A stretch of DNA of 64,000 nucleotides from Microbotryum violaceum (taxonomy: Eukaryota). This document shows, piece after piece, positions 54,492 through 64,000 of the stretch. The notes under the pieces were generated by a model, which made no database searches, was not told the DNA's origin, and saw nothing but the letters and a program-made list of their open reading frames with translations. How positions within the stretch are numbered: the first letter of the stretch is position 1; each line of letters opens with the position of its first letter. The translations under genes were made by a program, and so were the position numbers. The stretch covers positions 1,922,001-1,986,000 of the forward strand of contig CDLV01000008.1 of the NCBI GenBank assembly GCA_001244265.2. Direction: 5' to 3'.

Positions 54492-55328
54492 ATGCTAGGC
54501 GATCACGCGAACCTGCTCGTTCTCGACTCGCACCGTTCGATCCAAACGCGAACCTTGCAACGCTACGCCGAACCGACCCTACGTGCGTTGATCCGAGAAT
54601 GTCACCACCTCGCCGATCCGGTCGAACGGGCGGTTAGGATGTACGATCCTTCCCAAGCGTCACCGAACGCCATCCCCGAGATGCCGCAAGACGTGTTCGC
54701 GGAGATGAGGTTACTTTCCCTTGCGTTGCAGAGGAATCGTAGAGCTTTGGAGGTGTATGCGTTGCAGAGGATCGAGATTCTCAAGACGAGGTATTGGGAG
54801 ATGGGGGGTAATTTGGGGAAAGCGTTTGGAACGGGGACGGAGGTGAGAGGACATATGGTCGTGGTCGATGAGGCGTTCGCCAAGGGGTATGCGGATTTGT
54901 GCCTCAAGTTCAAGACGGGCCTTTATAATGATCCGGATGATGATGAGGACGACGATGAGCAGGAGGACGGGGATGAGCAAGACGAGGAAGGCAATTTGGA
55001 ACTAGACGAAGAAGAAGACGGTTATGAAGGGAGAGAAGAGAGACGGGCACGCCGACAGCAACGACGACCACGTCAACGACCACGACGAGGGGGAGCGATC
55101 GCCGGCGACCCAACCAGTCTGATGGACGCGATCGACCTCTTGGGAGGAGGGATCGACCAAGAACCGCCCAAGGATCTATTCCTCAGCGTCCGCGTGCTCA
55201 AGGACGTTGGCGATGTCGAGACCCTGTCCGGTGCGAGGTTGAGTCTGACCAAGGGTAGTCAGTACTTTTTACCGCGCGAAGACGTCGAACAGATGGTCGT
55301 ATTGGGCGAGGTCGAGGTGATTGATTGA
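54492..55328 (+). CDS. PSF1: GINS complex subunit Psf1, intronless, with acidic/Arg-rich insertion
   Basis: MLGDHANLLV, LQRNRRALEVYALQRIEILK..YW, C-terminal PPKDLFLSVRVLKDVGDVET..G..SLTKGSQYFLPREDVEQMV..G (Psf1 B-domain). Confidence 0.85.
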   Translation: MLGDHANLLVLDSHRSIQTRTLQRYAEPTLRALIRECHHLADPVERAVRMYDPSQASPNAIPEMPQDVFAEMRLLSLALQRNRRALEVYALQRIEILKTRYWEMGGNLGKAFGTGTEVRGHMVVVDEAFAKGYADLCLKFKTGLYNDPDDDEDDDEQEDGDEQDEEGNLELDEEEDGYEGREERRARRQQRRPRQRPRRGGAIAGDPTSLMDAIDLLGGGIDQEPPKDLFLSVRVLKDVGDVETLSGARLSLTKGSQYFLPREDVEQMVVLGEVEVID

Positions 55329-55433
55329 AGGTCTTTATGCTTTGCAATGATGCTACGAGTACACGTGTTGTTTCAAAATCACCGATGCGAAGCGGATGGG
55401 AAAGGGTACAGCTGCGAGCGTCATCTCTCATTC

Positions 55434-56279
55434 TCAGTCAGAAGGATGAATCGCCCCCTCCTTGGCGTTGGGCTTCCTGGTCGGCTTCTTGTTGATCGTT
55501 CAACATGCCGACGATGACGTTCATGACCCTCTCCATCTTGACCAAGGCTTTGGCGCCGTCGGTGCCAACACTGAAGCACGGGATGCCGAGCTGGGGGAGA
55601 GTGCAGGATGGTCAGGTCAGGAGTGAGTGGGTTGGCATGAAGGAGGACGTGTTGGCCTCAAAGACCCTCAAAGAGGGTGACTGACCTCGACGAGTTTGGC
55701 CTGTTGTGAGAGTTGATACTTGCGCCAGCGTTGAAGCAAGGCGCGATCAAAGAGCTTCATCCTCGCGACCATGCCCGGTGCGCTGTCGGGTCCGAATCTG
55801 CGGTCAGCTCAGCTCGGTTCGTTCTGAATCGGGCGATGAAGGAATTCAAAAACGCACTTTATGCCCTTCCTCTTGCCCTGTGCCTCCCATTCATTTCGTT
55901 CTAGAAACCACTTGCGTTCGAGGGCGTGTTGCTCCTTTTGTAGGGTCTGGAGCTGAGCCAAGGTCGAAGGTTCGTTGACGGCGATCTGGCGAAGGAGAGG
56001 CAGGGATTCGGGGAAGGTGAGGCGTGAGAGGTCTTTTTTCGGCGGTGGTGAAATTCCTGCACTTGGAGCGGTTCGTGCGGAGGAGATAGAGTTGTACGAC
56101 GAGGAAGGAAGCGCAACGGACGGCGGGACAGCTTCGGTGAGAACGTGATCCTGCGTCGAGCGTAGTTGGGCCAAGAGGTCGTCGAGATCGGCTTGGTTCT
56201 AGACGGAAAGGCCGGGGGGAACGATGTCAGTTGAACGAGATGGGTTGTATGGCACAGAGTGAACCGGCGGTCTTACCAT
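55434..56279 (-). CDS. Conserved fungal hypothetical protein (DUF2458-like), spliced
   Basis: LDDLLAQLR, Ser/Pro linker, DLSRLTFPESLPLLRQI, LQKEQHALERKWFLER, QQAKLVELGIPCF; canonical introns. Confidence 0.55.
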
Positions 56280-56636
56280 GTTCGGTAACGGCGGTCACTG
56301 CAACACTCGATGCTCAGTGCCAGACGGGTTGCTGGGCAAATTCGAGTTATGCGCCCATCAAAGACGGTTTTGGTCTGGCAGAAGAAGATGGCGAGTGTAC
56401 CACTTGAAGGTGAGCGCGGTGAGCTGCGACAGCGAGACGCGCGGTTGCCAGTGAACGTTGTCATGTGACAGCGACACACTGGACGTCTGCTCGACTTTGA
56501 AACCCCAGCGCGTGGTTCTAATATCTATAGCTTGCTTCTAATGGTTTGCTTAGTCCTGCTTATTAGTCCTGCTTAGTGTTGCTCGGCGCGAGTCCATCTC
56601 GTTGCTCTTTCTCCCCTCCCATCGTCATTACACACC

Positions 56637-57962
56637 ATGTCGCATCTAATCAAGCTCGACGAGCCTTCGCTCTGGATCGCCGCCGCTTCCATCATATTTG
56701 TCAGTCACTCACACCCCGCTCCCGTTCCCGGTCTGTCTCACACTCGGCTCCCATTGGCTTGTGGGGGCGAGCCGACCACGCGCACGTCATCACACCACCG
56801 GGAACGACGGCCATCAACTACCACCCTGCGGAGGCCAACATAGAGAGACTGACACCCCCATCACCCACCGCAGAACCCACTGTTTTGGAACATCGTCGCT
56901 CGTCAAGGTAACCTGCATCACAACTTGTTGTCCCCCCGGAACGGCTTCACTGACCCCACCGCACTTGACCCAGAGTACAAGAACAAGATTCTCACCAAAC
57001 TCGCTTTCGGCAAACCTTACCTCGGATGTTATGCGTTGGCCCTGACCATCTTTTCCCTCGGCATTCTCCGTGATCAACTGTAAAGCGACCATGCATGGCG
57101 GAATAGTTTCCCACGTTTCCCGTCAAGGCTGACCGTCCGCGGTTCACTTCCCAAACGCAGGTACACGACCGCGCTGTCGCAACAACCAAAATGGTACCTC
57201 CTTCACTACACCGAAGGCAAGATCGCTGCCGCCCTCGCCTTTCTCAGCGGTGCCGTCCTCGTCGCGAGTTCGATGTGGGCCCTCGGCATTACGGGCACCT
57301 ACTTGGGCGACTACTTTGTGCGCACTTCGAAGCCGACCAGAGTGTAGCTATAGGAAGCTGATTCTAAAAGGGCCTTTTTCCTTGGAGCGCAGGGCATCTT
57401 GATGGATGTACGTCGTCGCGACGTCGGAGCCGTAGAGCCTTGGCTCGGGGTAAAGGAATTTTCTTTCAACCTCCCAACTAACCACATTCATGCGCGCCGC
57501 GGAATAGGAAAAAGTCGAATCGTTCCCCTTCAACGTCACCGACAACCCGATGTACTACGGCTCGACCCTCTCCTTCCTCGGCACCGCCCTCTGGTACGTC
57601 ACATCCTCTGGCTTACAACGTCGACCCAGACAAGGAAAACCTGATTTTCCTCCGCGTAATGTACAGGTACGAATCGTTCGCCGGGCTGCTCTTGACCGCG
57701 ATCGTCTTTATCGAGTACAAGATTGCGTTGACCTATGAAGAGTATGTGTAGCGTCTCCCTCGCCGCAAGTCCAAGCCTCGGACGCAGCGATTTTGTCGGC
57801 AGAGCTGACGGCACGTGTTTCCTAACCCCGCCTTGTGTCAACAGACCTTTCACCGCAGCCATCTATGCCGCGCGTGAAGCGGCGAGGTCCAAGAAAGGAT
57901 CCAAGACGGGCAGCGCACACAAGAGCATCACCGCTTCGGGGTCCAAGGACAAGGAGCTCTGA
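56637..57962 (+). CDS. OPI3: Phosphatidyl-N-methylethanolamine N-methyltransferase
   Basis: AASIIFNPLFWNIVARQEYKNKILT, GCYALALTIFSLGILRD, SSMWALGITGTYLGDYF, FPFNVTDNPMYYGSTLSFLG, YEEPFTAAIYA. Confidence 0.92.
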
Positions 57963-58727
57963 GGATCGCCAGCAAGGCGCGCCGAAATGAGGCGTGGGAG
58001 AGGCAGGCAAAGAGGCTTAGGAGTGGGAGGTAGTTGACTCGTGTGAAGAGGCGGGATTCGAGGAGGGTGTAGGGAGGAAGGAACGGGGTGATTCCGCTCA
58101 ATAGTGGTCAGCCGTGGACGGACGATGACGATCATCCGACAGCGAAGTATTTCATTCTTAAAAAAAGTTGCATGTTGTACCAAACCCCCTACCATGATGG
58201 TGATCCTTTTTCAACAAGATGCCCATCACGTATTCCCTGTATTTAGTCATTTCTCCTTTACAGTACACATGCAATCCTAGCAAGATCAACTCTGGCAATT
58301 ATCACACTGATTTGGGTCGGGCACCACTCGCGGGGGGGGGGGGGAGACGATCGGCGAGAGCGAACCGAAAAAACGATTAAACGAGCGCGTCGCAACGTGT
58401 CGAGAGAACAGGGCAGGGACCTCTCCTATGGACCTTACACCTCTCCATAACCCACCCGTTGCTTCTCAGACCGATCCACCCACACCCTCTAATCGTTCGT
58501 TACCAGCTCGTGGTATTAGGCACTGCCGTCTCCGTCTCCGCTCGTCCCATTCCAGCGCCGCCACCTGAAACCGGGTCTGCAAGTCGCGTTACGCGGGCCT
58601 TCGGTCGTCGTCCTTTTGGTCATCGTCGCCCCAGGCGGCCGTCTGTTCCCGGGCCCCTGACCGTTTTCCTCCTTCGTCCCCCCTCTTCCCCCTTTCTGCC
58701 TCGCCGTCTGGACGTGCATCAAGTACG

Positions 58728-60244
58728 ATGGCGCAGTTCCAGGGTCGACGGATATTTACGCTCATCGCCTTGGCCGTGCTGGGGCTGTTGCTCTATTCGA
58801 CGCTGTCGAGTCACCCGAGGACATACGTCGCCCAGAAATGGGGTCAATCCACAGAATTTTCCACCTCATCTTCCTCGACCGACCCCAACCTCAAGGATCA
58901 ATTCACGACCCCGCACATCGTGTCGACGTTCATGCACGACCCCACCAAATCGCTCGCGTTCCGCAACCACCTCGAATTGACCACCTCCCCCGAGGCGCAG
59001 ATCAAGCATAGCCCGACCATGACCTTTGACAACATCTACGTTTTGAGTTTACCGAATCGTTTAGATCGCAGGGAACAGATGCTCGAATTGGCGAAAGCGC
59101 ATGGGTTGAAGATCGTCTTTGTCGATGCCGTGTCCAAGGATTTGGTCTTTATCAAATGGATCGCCGAGAGGGCTTCCGAAATTCGCAAGGAGCGGCTCAA
59201 GTTGATCGTGAGTCGGACCTACAGACCACCAGTCAAGGCGACAGAATTGACCTCTGGGAAAATCACCCTTGTTCTCTCCCCAGGCCTCGGCCAAAGACGT
59301 GGACATTAATTCTATCGGTGGCTTACACGTCGGCAACGACTGGTTGACCCCGACGCCCTCGGGCACGTCCGAGGACGAATTCCCTTCCCTGGCGGGTACG
59401 GACCCGCGTTGGTTCCCCGACGACGACTGGGTTCAATATCTCGAACGCCACGAGCGCGAAGGTAAACTGAACAAGCTCGTGCCTAAACAACGTAACCTCA
59501 ACGTCACCGAGATCCTCTGGGACCACAACGAAAAGATTCACGGTCGCCAGGTCAACGAGGGGGTCATTTCGACATTTTGGGGCCATACGAGGGCGATGCA
59601 GTTGATGATCAAGAATGGCGACGAGTCGGCCTTGTTCTTGGAGGACGACGTCGACTTGGAGTGGGATCTTGAGAGGATCTGGGCGCGCATCGAAAAAAGC
59701 TTGCCCAACACGTGGGATTCGACCTTTTTGGGCCACTGTTGGGGAAGGGAGTTATTACGTGAGTTGCATATAGTGACATCGTACCCTTCGGTTCTCGTCG
59801 GCCAGTGCTGACCCCCTGTTTCTTTCCTGTCTGCGCGCAGGCCCGGCGTACCGTCACCCCTTGCTGCACCCTTCGGTGCAACCCCTGTGCCTCCACGGCT
59901 ACGCCCTCTCGCGCCAGGGCGTCAAGCGCATGCTTTCGTTGCTCAACAACCCGTGGACGGCCTACCAAACCGCCGTCGACACGGCCGTCCCTTCCTTCAT
60001 CTTTTTCCGCCTCTTGACCTCCTTCTCCGTCGAACCCCCGATCATTACGCAACGCAAGGACGGGCCGTCGGATATCCAGAAAGGCGTCGGCAGCGCGTGG
60101 AAGGGTTTGTTGATGGATTCGACGATCGAGAGGATCGCCAAAAGTAAAGGTGAGGAATGGCCCGAGGAGGTCTATGACGAGGATAACCTTGACCCTGCCA
60201 CGGTCTATCGGTATGGCAAGAAATGTGTCGGCGTAGGCGGGTAG
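58728..60244 (+). CDS. Type II membrane glycosyltransferase, GT25-like
   Basis: N-terminal TM (IFTLIALAVLGLLLY), IYVLSLPNRLDRR, FVDAV, FWGHTRA, ALFLEDDVD, FLGHCW, PLCLHGYALSRQG. Confidence 0.75.
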
Positions 60245-60366
60245 GAAGCCGAAGTGGAGGTTTTGACAGAGGTATTTTTCTCTTTCTCTTATGTCTGTGC
60301 AACCTCGTTCATTGCATATTTACGTAGGTTTTTCATGTGTGAGCCGGGGCTTTTTTTGCGGTGGGC

Positions 60367-63300
60367 CACTCCTTGCGCACGGACCCCTACGGGAAATCCG
60401 CGCAAGTTGACCGCGGTTGGACGATTGCGCCGAAGTTAACCGCAGTTCAACCACGGTCAACTGCGGTCCGACCGCGGTGCCCGCGGTTGCGCGGATTACC
60501 AACTGCGGTTGCAACTGCACGAGGTCGCCAACTTGGGAATGCTCCATTACACCTTGCAATTCTCAGTTGGCTCGTAGACTAAGGAGAACAGCCTGACTTT
60601 GGGACCTTATCTAGTGCAGCAAACAACTCGTGATATAGTCTCGAGTGGTGCTCTAATTACATACATCAACCTAAGAATGTGTAACATCTCCAGATTCGAA
60701 GATGTGGTGGTCTTGGAATTGGAAAAGATTTCTAATGGAATGAAGCTAATGAGCAATTGGAAAAACCGCGCCCTCGTATCTTCAACCGGACGACCGAATG
60801 GAGAGCGCTCTGCCTCGTGTCAGTGCCAGGCGTCGACTCGGCGCAGAGGGGTCGCAGTTGAATGTGGAAACACAGATATCGCATATGTGTCGGGAGCTGT
60901 TACAGCTGGCCGTGCGCCTCGCGCAAGCTCGGCCACGGTGGGAGGCGACCGCATCGTATTCGGGATGATGGACACGAGTTGGCGGAGACGCTCGACGCCG
61001 ATCAGGCTGAGGGTGCGAGGACCATCCACATCGAATCTCTCGTACAGCCCCCGGATGTCCATGGCAACTGGGAAGACATCGACCAACGAAAGCAATCGCT
61101 TCTCCTTCAGCGTCGTTATACCTAGCTCAACAAAACACACAACTTCGCCGCGCGCTGTGAATTGTCGGCCTCCATTGACATCTGTGGATCCCAGATTCGC
61201 TGTAAAGAATCTTTCCGCTGACATCAGATGTGATGAGTTGTTTTGGTGGCACTCACTCGCACGAATCTAGCCGTCTTGCAGTTGATGGTGCCTTGCGTGT
61301 TTCGCATCTCGTTACCGGATCCGAGCAACGTGACTGCCGATGCACCTGCACCCTCAAGGCGCCGCCATCCTTCGTCGAGCGAGCTGCCAAAGTCCATCGC
61401 ATAGAGGGTTCTTGGTGTAGGCGTTTGCATTCGACCCCAGAGAGTTATCGACGTGACACTGCCTCCGTGGAAGACTGCGACCTCTTCGGTCAAGTCGACG
61501 AAATTTTGCGAAGGGCGTTGCGTCGTTTTCTTGAGCGTGTGCAGCTTGTAGCCCGGCAGCTGGGCATGCAAGGCATGATCCCTCGGCAAAGTGTCCCGGA
61601 GATCGTCCATTGTAGGTATGTTGTACTTGAGTCGGAGGATCATCATCATGTTCCGCGTCTCCGCCGAAATCATGCCAGACTCGACGGGTTTTGACTTGCT
61701 TCTCATCCCCCCTTTGATGTAACCCATCATTGTCTCCGTTCCGCAAGCCGAGTACTCGCGAAGCGGCCCCATTCTCTTCATAACATCGGGAACGTGCATA
61801 AGACGATGATTCGTGGCGGGGAACAGATGAAGGAACTCGGGATCTCGATCATAGAGAAGCTTCTCGCGCAGTAGCAGCGTCTGTTCGATGAGAACATAGA
61901 GGTAGGTGTACGTGATGGGAACCTCGCCCTTTTCATCGAGTTCGTATAGGCGAAGTTGTTCGATCCGGTCGACGTCCGGTAGGCGATCGAAAAAGTCAAC
62001 GGAGTCGTCGATGAAGACATCGGTCTTCATCGCCGCAAACATTCGGATGGTGAGCGCCGTCAGTTGCTCGAACTCGGGTTCCTTGAATTGCTGGTACGAA
62101 AGCGGTCCCAGGTCACGCAAGATGAACAGTTCCCGTTCGATTGCTTTCCATTTTTTTCCTTTTCTCGGCTAAGGGCCTGACAATCACACCCTCCACTCTC
62201 GCGAGGTACGGCCGAGACAACAGCTGCGCACGAGTCATGCGAGCGATCGCGTCGGAGGACAACATCATGGAGTGCTCGCGTGCCTTCGAGTCCAAGTCGC
62301 CGACGAGGATATTGATGAAAGTGCTGCCACTGTTGATACCAATCAGATGCATATAATCCAATGGTAGGAACGTGGAGTAAGCATCCTTGAACAAGTCAAG
62401 CGCCTCGATCGGAGCTTCGCCTGATATCCCCGTACGACGCCGCAGCGATTCAAGCTTGGTCGGGTGTCGTTTCATTGCTTTAACCACCCGACGGTAGTGC
62501 TTGTAGTTGCGCTCGTTATCCAATCGAACGTCCCGTCCACCGGGGGTTTGGAATGTTGTGGCGGTGTGGACAAGCCCAGCCCACTCGGGATGGTCGAGCA
62601 CCGATACAATCACTCCCTCGTCGTTTTCGAACACTTTCGCATGAGGAACACAGAACGGCAGATAGCCTTTAGTGTTTCCAGGTGCGTAATGAGGTATGCT
62701 GATGATCGAGCAGATCAAGCACGAAGCGAGGCCTCTTGCTCCCACAAGGTTTCCAAGGGCTGCTTGCTCCAGCGTGTCGGCTATGCAAGCCACGATCCTG
62801 TCTCTGCAAAGCACGTGCCTGTCCCGAGCGGCTGAAAAGGATGGGCGCTCCCCTTCGAAGATGTGAAGCTGTTCACAGAATGTTTCAAGGAATGACTGCT
62901 CGTCTTTGGGTTTCTGAGGGCCGTGCACGGAGATGACAAAGTGCGATGATAGCTTCCAACGAAGTTCGGGGGCAGGGTCATGGGTATCACCCCAGAGATG
63001 TGGGCGTTGACCTTGCGATTGGCGTTGGAGTGCGCGAGCACTTCGGTTCCATCGGAGAAGGTTGCAAGAGGGATGTCATCCGGCTTGAGATCGCCGTTTG
63101 CGTAAAGCGTCCGTGCGTGTAAGCCGTCAACCCATCGCCTCACGACCGGGTAAGAGCCCGAGCCACCTGACGCCTTGTGCAAGTCGACGACGTCGTCGCT
63201 CGGCTTGGCATTGGCGAGGGTAGGACCGATTACTGGGTGTGCACGAAGCGCTTCAACAAAAGGGGCGGGGTCATAAAAACGCTGCGTTGACCGTGCAATC

Positions 63301-64000
63301 TTCTCGCCATTCTTCCCCAGTGTGAAACGGTTCTCGCGGCACCCGGGCGTTGGACACTCCTCAAGATCTTCGAGCCGTTTGGCGCCATAGGACACGCAAC
63401 CTTTGGGGCACTTCCCGACCTCCACAGTTCTGAAGCCGGTGAGATGTCGTATCGTTCGGACCATTTTGTATTCGGACATGTCGCTGAGGTCGGCGTTGTG
63501 GAAAGTGTAGGTGTGCAGCAATGTGAGGAGGTCAGTCCAAGCGTCTCTCGAAAGCGAATGGTCCCGCTTGAACAAGTAAAGTTGTAGCTTTGCAAGGTCA
63601 TGGGGTGGAAGCGTTCGACTTTGAAGTCCTGTATGAGGTAGTTACAGCATCAGCCCTCGTGTTCGTGTCAAATACGACCACTTGAAGCACAGCAAAACTT
63701 TGAGTCACCTTCGGCACCAAGCTCGGCGAGATGAGCCTCAAGCGCGGCAATGTCATGTTCAGTGGGCTCGGGCTCTTCTGCCTCCCCTTGGACATCCTCT
63801 TCCTCTCTTGCGCCTCTCAGAAAGTTCTCATCGCTTTGCTCTCCACCCGCATGGGAGTCCGTATCGCTGGTATCTTTGTCACTATCATGTTCCTCCTGCG
63901 CTTCTGAGCCCAATTCGAGTTCCAGATCGTCGAGCTCCTTCGGACCGCGCATCTCCTCTTCGTCTACGACCATCTTTTCTCCCTCTTCATCTGCGGCTTC
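60367..64000 (-). mobile_element. Second CACTA/EnSpm-like transposon (3' end in window, continues past 64000)
   Basis: CACTC terminus at 60367 followed by dense palindromic CCGCGG/AACCGC subterminal repeats (60400-60520) and a transposase. Confidence 0.7.
60820..64000 (-). pseudogene. CACTA/Tnp2-like transposase, several frameshifts; acidic N-terminal region
   Basis: CPKGCVSY..CPTPGCRENRF, FSDG, GPQKPKDEQSFL, ADTLEQ..G..G..CLIC, LDYMHL, HRLMHVPD..GPL..YS...E..MG. Confidence 0.75.

Overview
Eukaryotic, GC-rich, intron-rich fungal DNA, most consistent with a basidiomycete yeast. About 15 ordinary protein genes are present: CWH43, an SDR, a purine nucleoside permease, a cysteine-free thioredoxin-like protein, NCS6/CTU1, RFC5, malic enzyme, a Nudix hydrolase, THI20-like, PSF1, OPI3, a GT25-like protein and three less certain genes. 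Three transposon-dense regions interrupt them. (1) At 9752-20276 a CACTA/EnSpm element with an AGT target-site duplication holds a near-perfect 9.6-kb palindrome (two 4625-bp arms, 390-bp spacer). The palindrome is built from the transposase 3' half plus a rearranged Ty3/gypsy fragment. It has two inward-facing LTRs and ends exactly at the transposon TIR, so it is a candidate hairpin-RNA 'transposon killer' locus. (2) At about 33.7-48.6 kb is a nested island: Helitron fragment, then Ty1/copia, then a self-priming chromoviral Ty3/gypsy, then a 356-bp miniature element. The miniature element has terminal direct repeats, an initiator-Met-type PBS, a TSD and a complete tRNA-like cloverleaf with a UUA anticodon position. 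The gypsy has mismatched flanks that border a second, ~816-bp inverted duplication. (3) From 60367 to the window end is a second CACTA-like element. The tRNA-bearing mini-retroelement and the giant foldback are the most unusual objects. All calls were made by eye with no database searches.
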